Of a DNA stretch of 52,636 nt, positions 1-9,380 are shown piece after piece. Location: positions 1 through 52,636 of the IMG/VR virus record IMGVR_UViG_3300008219_003648; one strand, written 5' to 3'. The position numbers and the translations under genes were made by a program. The DNA is from a virus. Taxonomy: Duplodnaviria > Caudoviricetes. The notes under the pieces are model-generated. The model saw only the letters and a list, made by a program, of their open reading frames with translations. It ran no database searches and was not told where the DNA came from. Positions within the stretch are counted from its first letter, which is position 1. Each line of letters opens with the position of its first letter.

Positions 1-1245
1 GATGGTGATCATTATGTTGTTAATGGAGAAAAATTATTTATCACCAATGCGATATGTGGCCGTCTTATTTCTTTAGTATGTATGATAGATAGTAAACCAC
101 AGGTTCTTTTGGTAGAACTACCTCCGGCTGAGAATGATGAATTTCAAACCGTTAACTATGGATTGCACGCATTGAAGCGTCTTCATAATAACGGTTTAGT
201 GTTTAAAAACTTCAGAGTCCCCAAAGAAAACCTCATCCAACTTGAGCGAGGCGATGGTCTTACAATAGCATATCATGGTTTAAATTTGGGTAGAATTTCC
301 CTCTGCGCTAATGCATCAGGATGTATGAAGATGATGTTGGAATCTATGATACCGTGGGCACACTATAGAACAACATATGGGCAGCCCATAAAGAACAGAG
401 AACTGGTGCAGAATAGAATTGGAAAATTGGCCGGATATATTCTGTCATCCGATGCTTTGGTATCATGGTGCTCATCCTTAATTGATAGCGGTTATCGTGG
501 TGAGTTGGAATGTATTATAGCTAAGACCTTTGGGTCTGAATGCCAAAAAGAAGCCGCAATAGATCTATGTATGAAAACACATGGAGGTAGATCTTTTTTG
601 GAGGGTCATGTAATTGGAGATAATATTCATGAGTTTCTTGCACCTCTTATTTATGAGGGTGAGGGCGATATGTTAAACATGGCCTTTTTTAAATCTCTCG
701 TTAAAGAGCATGGTCTCCAATACTTTGAGCCCATTGGCCAAGCTATGGCTAAGTCTGGTAAAAAGAATATGTCTCCTTTAGATATTGCCAAGAATTATAA
801 AACCTTTTTACCTTATGCTAAGTGGATGCTCAAGGAGACAACATACCATAAAGGTTCGATGCGTTTGGACGGCCTTCCTCAGGCTCTTCGGGCTTATGTG
901 GCTGTTGCGGCTAAAGAACTTCAAGACACAGGAAAAGAATTAAGCGCACTAATGAGAAAATACCAATTGAAATTGGGAGATAAGCAGTGTAGAATATCTC
1001 TATTATCTAGAAAGATACAACATCTTGTAACAGTGATTACCACATGTACTTATGCTTCTATGTTTAATAATGATGTTATTACTAAAACCGCTGAAGTGGC
1101 GTGTGATAATCTATGTAATAGTATCGGGGGTAGTAATCCAACAGACGCACAAATAAAACGTAGTGTACTGCTAGGACAACAAATTACTCACTGCGCAATC
1201 ATGAATCAGGAAGCAGACTTTGATTCTATTTTAATGAAATATTAA
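1..1245 (+). CDS. Acyl-CoA dehydrogenase family protein (5' truncated by window edge)
   Basis: Frame 1 is open from base 1: DGDHYVVNGEKLFITNA (NGxKxFITN motif), then GLNLGRISL, RTTYGQPI, HGGRSF and IYEGEGDM, all typical ACAD motifs. Confidence 0.9.
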   Translation, partial: DGDHYVVNGEKLFITNAICGRLISLVCMIDSKPQVLLVELPPAENDEFQTVNYGLHALKRLHNNGLVFKNFRVPKENLIQLERGDGLTIAYHGLNLGRISLCANASGCMKMMLESMIPWAHYRTTYGQPIKNRELVQNRIGKLAGYILSSDALVSWCSSLIDSGYRGELECIIAKTFGSECQKEAAIDLCMKTHGGRSFLEGHVIGDNIHEFLAPLIYEGEGDMLNMAFFKSLVKEHGLQYFEPIGQAMAKSGKKNMSPLDIAKNYKTFLPYAKWMLKETTYHKGSMRLDGLPQALRAYVAVAAKELQDTGKELSALMRKYQLKLGDKQCRISLLSRKIQHLVTVITTCTYASMFNNDVITKTAEVACDNLCNSIGGSNPTDAQIKRSVLLGQQITHCAIMNQEADFDSILMKY

Positions 1246-1250
1246 GGTGA

Positions 1251-2132
1251 ATGGAGCGATATATTATAATGCTAGACATTACCGTTTTTATTCTTAAGAA
1301 TAAATTTCATACTGAAAAAAGAACCATCTCACATAACCATGACACTCTTATTAATTGCCATGACTCGCTCAAGATTGAGATAGATCAGTACAAAATCAAC
1401 GGTGAAATTCATGTAATAGACACAGAAGACATTCCCTGTCGTTGCCAATCTAATCTGATTTGTTTTCTAGATCAGAACATTTTTATACCATCTGATTTTC
1501 TAAATCGCGCTGTGGCTTTAAATAATCTTTTTAGAGATGGGGGGGTTTTTTGTGGACCAGTATACACTAAGTGGGAAGGTAAACCTTCTGGATTTGCTAA
1601 GTCCATAGAAAAAAATTACCATAAATATGATTTGCATTTTGGCAATAGTCAGGTTTGTGATATCACTAACGAGGAGCATAACTATCCCAGTTTGGTAGGA
1701 AGTATTGTAAGTGGAGCAGCCTACAATGAAGTAGGATATATGCCAGTATTATCCCCTCGTCACGCTTCTAGAGACAATAAGGGATTTATACAAAAAATAG
1801 CTCGAAAGTATAAAATACTATATTCTGTGGGTCTACTAAAAACTCAGTATCTTACCTCTGTCGATACAGAAATTGATATGTTATCTGACTATTATTATGA
1901 TCTTGGGTATCAGGACGGTGTTCTATTAGCCAACAAAAATATCAAAGATAAGCATAAAGAATTATGGCACAGATTTGTCAGTTCCCCGGAACTACTCGAT
2001 AATGAAATGCCTCGATGGCTATATGAAGATGATATAAAGATCAATGGACCGTATCTGGAGAAATTGGTTTTCTTAAAATGTAAATACCAAATTGGGTTGT
2101 ATGAAGGTATGATGGGACAAAAGTTAATATGA
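1251..2132 (+). CDS. Degenerate GT2/GT-A-like protein
   Basis: ICFLDQNIFIPSDFL resembles the GT2 DxD region with DxD degraded; glycan-gene context. Confidence 0.4.
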   Translation: MERYIIMLDITVFILKNKFHTEKRTISHNHDTLINCHDSLKIEIDQYKINGEIHVIDTEDIPCRCQSNLICFLDQNIFIPSDFLNRAVALNNLFRDGGVFCGPVYTKWEGKPSGFAKSIEKNYHKYDLHFGNSQVCDITNEEHNYPSLVGSIVSGAAYNEVGYMPVLSPRHASRDNKGFIQKIARKYKILYSVGLLKTQYLTSVDTEIDMLSDYYYDLGYQDGVLLANKNIKDKHKELWHRFVSSPELLDNEMPRWLYEDDIKINGPYLEKLVFLKCKYQIGLYEGMMGQKLI

Positions 2133-3094
2133 TAAGATTAGACTTATCTAGCTGTAAAGGTTTTGCGCACCACCGCTCCGGGTGGGGTTTTTGTATATCT
2201 CAATTAAAAAGCTTACATTCTAAATCTGGTATATTTGTTGATGATTTTATCGAACGGTCCTTTTCGTGGGAAGTCTCGTCTTATTACCATGGAAATAACC
2301 CCTACAATTTGCCATATCAAAAAGACTGGGTAGGTTTTATACATAATCCCCCCAATGTGCCAAATTGGTTTGATGTGTATAATTCACCTCAAGCAATTTT
2401 AAGTAGGGATGTATTTCAACAGTCACTAAAAACTTGTAAATGTTTAATTACATTATCTAAATATCTCAAAGATTGGCTTCAACCTAAAGTGAATGTTCCT
2501 GTCATCTCTATTAAACATCCCACAGAAATACCCGAGAATAAATGGACTCCTGAAAAATTCCTTTCGCAGCCTAGAATACCTCTAGTACAAGTAGGATATT
2601 GGTTGAGAAAGCTTGACGCAATTCAAAAGCTCCAATGTGGACCTCGATATCACAAGGTGTGGCTTCCAAGTAATTACGATTATGCGCTAACAATGCTGGA
2701 CACATATCAAAAAACACAAGAGTTATTTCGTGATAACCACTTTCAGTGGGGTGGTGTACAGATCCATAAGTTTCTTGATAATGAATTATTCGATGACATG
2801 ATGTGTCGATGTGTTGTGTTAATAGATTTATATGATAGTTCTGCTAACAATGCTGTAATTGAATGTATTGCTAGAAATACACCAATATTGGTAAATAAAA
2901 TTTCTCCCATAGTAGAATATCTAGGAGAAAAATATCCTTTATATTTTGAGTGTCTCACTGAAGCTTCCGAGCTTCTTACAAACACAAACAAAATATTTGA
3001 GGCTCACTCTTATCTTAAAAAGATGAATAAAACATGGATAAGTGGTAAAAGTTTTGTAGCATCCCTTCAGCAAAAATTACTGGATATAAAATGA
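2129..3094 (+). CDS. GT-B (GT4-like) glycosyltransferase
   Basis: C-terminal DLYDSSANNAVIECIARNTPILVN resembles the GT-B donor-binding motif. Confidence 0.55.
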   Translation: MIRLDLSSCKGFAHHRSGWGFCISQLKSLHSKSGIFVDDFIERSFSWEVSSYYHGNNPYNLPYQKDWVGFIHNPPNVPNWFDVYNSPQAILSRDVFQQSLKTCKCLITLSKYLKDWLQPKVNVPVISIKHPTEIPENKWTPEKFLSQPRIPLVQVGYWLRKLDAIQKLQCGPRYHKVWLPSNYDYALTMLDTYQKTQELFRDNHFQWGGVQIHKFLDNELFDDMMCRCVVLIDLYDSSANNAVIECIARNTPILVNKISPIVEYLGEKYPLYFECLTEASELLTNTNKIFEAHSYLKKMNKTWISGKSFVASLQQKLLDIK

Positions 3095-4212
3095 GCGACA
3101 TCCCAGATCTAGACCGACGCAATAAAGCATTAGATGATTCTATTAACAAGAGGCCAGATCTTTCAAATAAATTCTGTGGACATCCTTTTGATAATTTTGA
3201 ACCGAGAGAGAATGGGGATGTGGGGGTGTGCTGTTTATCATGGCTTCCTTATTTGATTGGCAATCTTAACAATAACACAATGGAAGAAGTGTATAATTCC
3301 GAAAAGGCGCAAAATATTCGTCGAAGTATTTTAGATGGTAGCTTTAAATACTGTGATCATCGAGTATGTCCCCTTATACAAAACAACAGCTTACCAGAAA
3401 AGGATAAAATAACCTATCCCAGACACAAAGATATCATAGATAATAATAAGGTTATTATCAATCACCCGACCCATATTAATTTTTTACAAGATGATTCATG
3501 TAATCTTTCATGCCCTAGTTGTCGCATTCAAAAAATAAATTTTCATACCGGCGCGATATATGAGCAACGGCTAAAGGTACATCAAAATCTTGTCGACTGT
3601 TTATTGTCTAAGGATTTAGTTGATGGTTGTTCAATTAACATAACGGGATCTGGAGATCCGTTTGCCTCCAAAATTTTTAGAGACTTTTTATTGGAATTTG
3701 ACGGCAAAAAATACCCCAATGTTATGATTGATCTACAAACAAATGGTGTTATGTTTACACCGGCCATGTGGGAAAAAATACATAAAATGCATGATAATAT
3801 ACGTATTGTAATGATCTCATTCGATGCTGCTTTACCATCAACCTATAAAGTAACACGACGAGATGGAAATTGGGATTTGTTAGTAGAAAATGTAAAATTT
3901 TTATCAAACAAACATAGAGAAGGATATATGCAAGAGCTTCGATTAGATTTTGTGGTACAAGATTTAAATTATAAAGAAATGCCACACTTTGTTACATTGG
4001 CTAAATTCTTTGGCAACATTGATCATGTAAATTTTTCTATGGTGACTGACTGGGGAACGTGGGACAATGATACTTTTAAACAAAGAGCTATTTGGGGCGC
4101 ATCACATCCAGAATTTAAGGAGTTTATGGGTGTCCTGCGGAGCGAAGAGTTGCACGATCCAATGGTGGATATGTCTAATCTTCAGGCATATTTTGATGAG
4201 GCTAATAAATGA
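3091..4212 (+). CDS. Radical SAM protein with N-terminal SPASM/twitch-like domain
   Basis: CNLSCPSC (CxxxCxxC), TGSGDPF, QTNG and ISFDA core; N-terminal FCGHPF...GDVGVCC...IGNL...C..C. Confidence 0.9.
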   Translation: MSDIPDLDRRNKALDDSINKRPDLSNKFCGHPFDNFEPRENGDVGVCCLSWLPYLIGNLNNNTMEEVYNSEKAQNIRRSILDGSFKYCDHRVCPLIQNNSLPEKDKITYPRHKDIIDNNKVIINHPTHINFLQDDSCNLSCPSCRIQKINFHTGAIYEQRLKVHQNLVDCLLSKDLVDGCSINITGSGDPFASKIFRDFLLEFDGKKYPNVMIDLQTNGVMFTPAMWEKIHKMHDNIRIVMISFDAALPSTYKVTRRDGNWDLLVENVKFLSNKHREGYMQELRLDFVVQDLNYKEMPHFVTLAKFFGNIDHVNFSMVTDWGTWDNDTFKQRAIWGASHPEFKEFMGVLRSEELHDPMVDMSNLQAYFDEANK

Positions 4213-5123
4213 AAATAGCAGTTTGTTTTGCGGGAATGCCTAGATATTATGATAAGTGCTGCGATTCACTCTTAAGCTACTTTAATCTAGATGGAATAGA
4301 GGTAGATTTTTTTATACATTCATGGACCAATATTTGGTATCACCCCAAAGTCGGAAATAACACGGTAACAAATCAAGATCAACAATTCTTGGAGACTGAA
4401 CTACATAGAATTTATACGCCCAAAAAGATGATAATTGAAGATCAACTGAGCAATATGGATATAAAATGTGCCATTGATTTAATTTCACAAATTTATTATC
4501 ATACTAGATGTTTTACGGAAATCCCACCCCCCATAATAAGCGATATAGACAATAAACATAATGAAGAATTTTTAACTAATAAGTTTCATTTTGGCCAATT
4601 GTATTCCGTGTCACGGGCTATTGAGCTAAAGTCACAATATGAACACGATGAAAATATTAAATATGATTTAGTGCTCCGGGCTCGTCTGGATAACTATATG
4701 GAACCCGTTAACCCAAGTCAATCTATACATAAAATTTGTAAGCAAGCCGCTGAACAAACATATATTCATTTTATTGGAGGAGGTTCGGCAAACTCTGAAA
4801 CTATATATTGTCAATGGATTTCTACACATGGGCAGATGCCTCATATAGGCGATAAGTTTTTTGGTGGCAGTTCTACAAGCATGGATATTTTTAGAGATAT
4901 TTTTAAATTTCAAATTGTCAGAATAATTCAACATCTTACAGGAAATAAACACGATTTCCAATTTACTCCTGAGGCCGTGATAGGAGACCTACTAAAACAC
5001 AAAAACTACATAGCGCATCATCATCTGTGGCCCGGTAATGTTGTGAGCTACAGAGACTATCATGTAGACATTGATCAAGAGTTTAATAATATGCAACTAG
5101 TATCTTGGGAAAACGAAAGATGA
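4209..5123 (+). CDS. Putative glycosyltransferase-like protein (MKIAxCxSGxxR family seen in viral glycan loci)
   Basis: MKIAVCFAGMPR, VDFFIHSW, YDLVLRARLD, D-x-FF-GG. Confidence 0.5.
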   Translation: MKIAVCFAGMPRYYDKCCDSLLSYFNLDGIEVDFFIHSWTNIWYHPKVGNNTVTNQDQQFLETELHRIYTPKKMIIEDQLSNMDIKCAIDLISQIYYHTRCFTEIPPPIISDIDNKHNEEFLTNKFHFGQLYSVSRAIELKSQYEHDENIKYDLVLRARLDNYMEPVNPSQSIHKICKQAAEQTYIHFIGGGSANSETIYCQWISTHGQMPHIGDKFFGGSSTSMDIFRDIFKFQIVRIIQHLTGNKHDFQFTPEAVIGDLLKHKNYIAHHHLWPGNVVSYRDYHVDIDQEFNNMQLVSWENER

Positions 5124-5566
5124 AATTTACTATATACGTGGGCGGAACATTTGATTTGTTTCATTATGGCCATGTACGACTATTCAGCAACATAAAGAAC
5201 GTATTCAAACACTGCAATCTTGTTGTTGCTGTCAATAGCGATAGATTTTGTCAGGAATACAAGCGGTCACCCATTATAAAAGATAAAGAAAGACTAGAGG
5301 TGGTTAAAGCTTGTAAAAACGTAGATAATGCTATTATTATACCCACTTGGGCTTCTCAGGAAAACTTTATAACTAAAGTTAATCCTGATTATATTATTTT
5401 AGGTTCTGATTGGAAAAATAAAAACTACTTCAAGCAATTGAATGTCACGCAAGAATTTTTAGACGAGATAGATTGCAATATTCTATTTATGCCTTATACA
5501 GAATCAATATCTACCACTGAAATAATAAAAAGAATCGAGACACAAAATGGGAAAAATGATTCATAA
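5120..5566 (+). CDS. Cytidylyltransferase (TagD/RfaE-C-like, HxGH family)
   Basis: GGTFDLFHYGH, VAVNSD, GSDW and ISTTEI motifs; ATG at 5120 overlaps the previous stop. Confidence 0.88.
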   Translation: MKFTIYVGGTFDLFHYGHVRLFSNIKNVFKHCNLVVAVNSDRFCQEYKRSPIIKDKERLEVVKACKNVDNAIIIPTWASQENFITKVNPDYIILGSDWKNKNYFKQLNVTQEFLDEIDCNILFMPYTESISTTEIIKRIETQNGKNDS

Positions 5567-5753
5567 GTCAACTGAACAAATGGGTAATTTATTTACTTGT
5601 AATAATGTTTATATATCCAATTCGTGCCAAGAAATATCAATAACTCAAGCCATATATGACAGTGACATTCTTATACATAAGAATAATGTTATATTACCTG
5701 TGGGTCAATTGGAACAAATTCTTAAAAAAGCCCATAACGAGGAACCTATATGA
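5547..5753 (+). CDS. Hypothetical protein
   Basis: Fills the gap between flanking genes, overlapping both. Confidence 0.5.
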   Translation: MGKMIHKSTEQMGNLFTCNNVYISNSCQEISITQAIYDSDILIHKNNVILPVGQLEQILKKAHNEEPI

Positions 5754-6853
5754 TTAACTTAATAGCCCCTATTAACAGTCTGGGATATGGTATTGCTGGT
5801 CACAATATATTAACGACGTTTTATGCGATAGATGATTCCATCGCCCTATATCCCATTGCGCCTCCTGAACCAGAATTTGAAACACCAGTAGTTAAAACGG
5901 CTATAGAAAATCAAAAAGAACCAGCATTAAATCGTCCCTGTGTGAAAATATGGCACCAGCATGATCTGCACACCAGAGTAGGGAGAGGCATATATGTGGG
6001 ATTTCCTATTTTTGAACTGAATGAATTCAATCAGGCTGAAATTACGAGCCTCCACCATTGTGATAAAATATTCGTATGTTCTGAATGGGCCAAAGAAGTA
6101 ATGGTGAATAATACCAATTTTACTGATCAGGATGTCTATGTAGTTCCTTTAGGGGTAGATCTCAATATTTTTCAGCCCAGCACCCCTTTATCGAGACCAG
6201 CTACTATATTCTTTAATTGTGGAAAATGGGAGAAACGTAAGGGCCACGACGTATTATTGGATTGTTTTAATTCTGCCTTTGGGGTAGAGGATAATGTGGA
6301 ATTATGGATGATGTGTGATAATCCCTTTATAGGAGAACAAAATCAAAAGTGGCAAAATCTATACAAAACCTCCCCACTGGGGGCCAAGATTCGCATGATT
6401 CCTAGACAGCAAACCCATAAAGATGTGTATAATATTATGACACAAACTGATTGTGGGGTATTTCCATCAAGGGGTGAAGGTTGGAATCTGGAGCTGCTTG
6501 AAATGATGGCGTGCGGCAAACATGTAATAGCTACAAACTATTCAGCTCATACGCAATTTTGTAGCGAAGACAATTGTAGGCTAGTCAATATAGATAATCT
6601 AGAAACAGCTTACGACGGAGTGTTCTTTTCTGGTAAAATTGGTTTGTGGGCTGAGATATCTGATGTGCAAAAAGAACAAATTGTTTCACATATGCGTAGC
6701 GTGCATCAAATCAAACAACAAAATGGACTCCCGATAAATTACGCGGGAGTTAAAACGGCCGAAAAATTTTCATGGGAAAATTCGGTGCGGGAGATGATTG
6801 ATGGAATTCAAAACGCCACGCCAGATACTAAAAGCATACAGAGAGGGATTTAG
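5750..6853 (+). CDS. GT4 glycosyltransferase
   Basis: VVPLGVD, GKWEKRKG, VFPSRGEGWNLELLEMMACGKHVIAT (E-x7-E). Confidence 0.92.
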   Translation: MINLIAPINSLGYGIAGHNILTTFYAIDDSIALYPIAPPEPEFETPVVKTAIENQKEPALNRPCVKIWHQHDLHTRVGRGIYVGFPIFELNEFNQAEITSLHHCDKIFVCSEWAKEVMVNNTNFTDQDVYVVPLGVDLNIFQPSTPLSRPATIFFNCGKWEKRKGHDVLLDCFNSAFGVEDNVELWMMCDNPFIGEQNQKWQNLYKTSPLGAKIRMIPRQQTHKDVYNIMTQTDCGVFPSRGEGWNLELLEMMACGKHVIATNYSAHTQFCSEDNCRLVNIDNLETAYDGVFFSGKIGLWAEISDVQKEQIVSHMRSVHQIKQQNGLPINYAGVKTAEKFSWENSVREMIDGIQNATPDTKSIQRGI

Positions 6854-7718
6854 TGGGAGCATTTGCGATCCAGATGATGTATCCAACCTATTGGGTGAAC
6901 TTCCAATGCCCGTATTTGGGGCGGCTGCACATGGACTCAGAAACACCGGAGAGTACAAGCTCTCACTCCCATTTAAATCCCTCTTAAAATTTGATGGTGG
7001 TTTTGGGTCTGAACAACAGACTACAGGTGACTGTGTCTCTCACTCAACCAGAAATGCGGTTGATATCACACGTGCAGTAGAAATCGATATCAAGGGTGAT
7101 AGAGAACAATTTATGGCTCGTGGTGCCACTGAAGCCATATATCAGTCACGAGGACACAGACGACAAGGAATGTCTTGTTCTGGAGCTGCCAGATATGTTC
7201 ACCAAAATGGTGGTATCCTTCTTAGAAAAGACTATGGTGATGTAGATTTATCTACATATAATTCTCCCCTTGGGGCTCAACACCGTATTCCTGATAGCGT
7301 TTATCTTGACGAAGCGCAGAAACATCAGGTTAAAACGGTATCTCTTATTTCCACCATAGAAGAAGCCCGAGATGCTCTAGCTAATGGATATGCCCTATCC
7401 GTATGTTCTGACTATGGTTTTTCCAGTCGTCGCGATAAATATGGCATTGCTAAAAGATCTGGATCATGGAATCACGCTTTATGCTGGTGCGCAGCTGATG
7501 ATACACGGGAAATTTATAATGAAACTTTATTTTTAATCCAGAATTCATGGGGACTTTGGAATTCAGGAAAAAAAAGACATGGGCAACCTGATGGAAGCTT
7601 TTGGGTAAGAGAAGAAGATGCTCGTGGTATGTTGGCGGCTCAAGGAGCATGGGTCTTTAGTGATGTAGAGGGATTTCCACCAAGAAAAATTGACTGGACT
7701 TTAGATGAGGTATTTTAA
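6801..7718 (+). CDS. Papain-like (C1/clan CA) cysteine peptidase
   Basis: Q...GDCVSH (oxyanion Gln, catalytic Cys), WNHAL (His), FLIQNSWG (Asn), GSFWV. Confidence 0.85.
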   Translation: MEFKTPRQILKAYREGFSGSICDPDDVSNLLGELPMPVFGAAAHGLRNTGEYKLSLPFKSLLKFDGGFGSEQQTTGDCVSHSTRNAVDITRAVEIDIKGDREQFMARGATEAIYQSRGHRRQGMSCSGAARYVHQNGGILLRKDYGDVDLSTYNSPLGAQHRIPDSVYLDEAQKHQVKTVSLISTIEEARDALANGYALSVCSDYGFSSRRDKYGIAKRSGSWNHALCWCAADDTREIYNETLFLIQNSWGLWNSGKKRHGQPDGSFWVREEDARGMLAAQGAWVFSDVEGFPPRKIDWTLDEVF

Positions 7719-8091
7719 TATGGCCACCAAACAAGACAATACTACAAAAGCAGTTATATCGGTAATTATTTTAGTAATGGGAATTTTTGGATCACGGCCT
7801 CATACATCAAGCGATAATGTAACTGATGATAACCTAGACACCATTATTAGTGAAGCCAATCAAGCCTTTGATTTAGCAGAAAAAAATATATTAAAGGTCA
7901 AACCTGATAATCCCGATGATAATATAGAGTGCTCATGTAACGGAACTGGCGTAATAGTACATGGCGACGGTCATGAAACACCATGCCCGTGTGAAAATTG
8001 CGATTGTGAAGCGCCCACAGCGCCCCCTGAAGAATGTGACGGGGTTATTATTAGGCGCGGCGGTTTTTTAAGACGTTTGCTTGGACGTTAA
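7705..8091 (+). CDS. Membrane-anchored Cys-rich protein
   Basis: N-terminal hydrophobic segment AVISVIILVMGIFG; CSCNGTG...CPCENCDC; basic tail RRGGFLRRLLGR. Confidence 0.65.
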   Translation: MRYFNMATKQDNTTKAVISVIILVMGIFGSRPHTSSDNVTDDNLDTIISEANQAFDLAEKNILKVKPDNPDDNIECSCNGTGVIVHGDGHETPCPCENCDCEAPTAPPEECDGVIIRRGGFLRRLLGR

Positions 8092-8119
8092 TTTTATTCT
8101 TTTTTATGGGAGTTGTGAG

Positions 8120-8302
8120 ATGAAGAACGCAAAAATATTGGCATTGTTGAAGTCTCGGAGGTTTTGGGTAGCTGCGGCTGGCTTGGTTACCGTTGTTGCT
8201 TCAGATACTATCGGTCTTGTTTTGGATACGGATCAGCTTGTGTCCTTGGCTACGATTGTAGTAGCGTGGATTATTGGTGATACTGTTCGTGAAACTACGT
8301 AA
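8120..8302 (+). CDS. Putative holin (2 TM)
   Basis: 60 aa; LLKSRRFW followed by two hydrophobic helices, as in small phage holins; GGAG RBS upstream of ATG 8120. Confidence 0.6.
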   Translation: MKNAKILALLKSRRFWVAAAGLVTVVASDTIGLVLDTDQLVSLATIVVAWIIGDTVRETT

Positions 8303-8320
8303 TAATGGGGAGAAGGACTT

Positions 8321-8638
8321 ATGGTGGAGTTTTTTCAAAACTTTAGTTTATTTCAGTGGTTACTCATCATTGCGGGTTCAGTAATTTTATTTCCAGTTGT
8401 TAAGGAAATGTTTACAGAATCCTCTGAAGAAAAGCCGACAGTATTAAAGGAGACTAAAAAACCCGCCGTGGAAACAGATTTAACCAAACTTGTACGACAC
8501 TGGGAACTATTGTCAAAAGCTTGTGTTGATGCTCAGTTAACCAATGCGGCACAAAAGTTGGAAGAAGTATTTCCTATGTTGATAGAGATCCACAAAACCG
8601 AACCGGAGGAGGCACATAATGAAAAACCACCGTTTTAA
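8321..8638 (+). CDS. Membrane-anchored hypothetical protein
   Basis: N-terminal TM (FQWLLIIAGSVILFPVV); RBS upstream. Confidence 0.7.
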   Translation: MVEFFQNFSLFQWLLIIAGSVILFPVVKEMFTESSEEKPTVLKETKKPAVETDLTKLVRHWELLSKACVDAQLTNAAQKLEEVFPMLIEIHKTEPEEAHNEKPPF

Positions 8639-9068
8639 TATTGTGGCTGGATTGGTTTTGATTATTATAGGTATTTTTCTTGATGGCATTCGGGAATGGA
8701 TGCCCGCTGTCAACACTACACCCCCTATTGCAATTAGTGAGCCTAGTGATAAAATACTAGAAGAAGTTCAGCCTATATGCAATTTGATTACAGATCCTGA
8801 TGATCGCTTGAAAATGTGCGCTTTTAACAAGGTGTTTGCAGACAGAGTACCCAATTACACAATCACAGCACAACAAGTCAATGACCTATATGTGGATGCC
8901 GCCAAGAATTTTTTTGGTGATTCCCTTAAAGGAAAATACAATAATTTATCAATGGAGCTAACACAACTAATTATATCAGTTACTACTAACGAGGACCATC
9001 GGCTAATCGAACCAGAAAAACGTGACCTTAATAAGAAATTTATGGGTTTAGCGTGGTGTTTGCGATAA
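8619..9068 (+). CDS. Membrane-anchored hypothetical protein
   Basis: N-terminal TM (IVAGLVLIIIGIFL) followed by a helical domain. Confidence 0.7.
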   Translation: MKNHRFNIVAGLVLIIIGIFLDGIREWMPAVNTTPPIAISEPSDKILEEVQPICNLITDPDDRLKMCAFNKVFADRVPNYTITAQQVNDLYVDAAKNFFGDSLKGKYNNLSMELTQLIISVTTNEDHRLIEPEKRDLNKKFMGLAWCLR

Positions 9069-9073
9069 TTAGC

Positions 9074-9102
9074 TTGACAATCCGGTGAGCATCTACTATA
9101 AT
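9074..9102 (+). promoter_or_regulatory. Consensus sigma70 promoter
   Basis: TTGACA (9074-9079), 17 nt spacer, TATAAT (9097-9102); intergenic, 50 nt before ATG 9153. Confidence 0.88.
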
Positions 9103-9128
9103 AAGACACTACAGTAGATGCTTTTTTT
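9088..9128 (+). terminator. Probable intrinsic terminator overlapping the promoter
   Basis: AGCATCTACT (9088-9097) / AGTAGATGCT (9113-9122) perfect 10-bp inverted repeat running into a T7 tract; the loop is long (15 nt, partly pairable). Confidence 0.6.
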
Positions 9129-9152
9129 AACTATTTATATGGAGCAAATGAT

Positions 9153-9380
9153 ATGGGTAATTTGATTCAAGCGGCAGAAAGTCACTATAAATCTTTAATG
9201 GATAAGTATGCTTTATGTTTAAATGCATGCATGGGCAGTAACCACCCTGATCTTGATAAATTTTTGGGATCAGTGGAGCAATATGAACACGCTTTGGCGC
9301 AATTTAATGTAGTGCAAAATATAAAAGCTCAAATGGTAGCAGATCCTGAAGCATCAGAAGGCTCAGTCAATGAAGGTTAA
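9153..9380 (+). CDS. Hypothetical protein
   Basis: GGAG RBS; first gene after the promoter. Confidence 0.75.
   Translation: MGNLIQAAESHYKSLMDKYALCLNACMGSNHPDLDKFLGSVEQYEHALAQFNVVQNIKAQMVADPEASEGSVNEG

Noticed and set aside
2375-6432. GTGTATAAT copies (near 2375, 3289, 6425) as phage late promoters
   Set aside because: All lie within ORFs and encode Val-Tyr-Asn; there is no positional support within this window.
9091-9119. TCTACT...AGTAGA resembling a Cas12a repeat stem
   Set aside because: Single copy with the wrong loop length; better explained as a terminator or operator.
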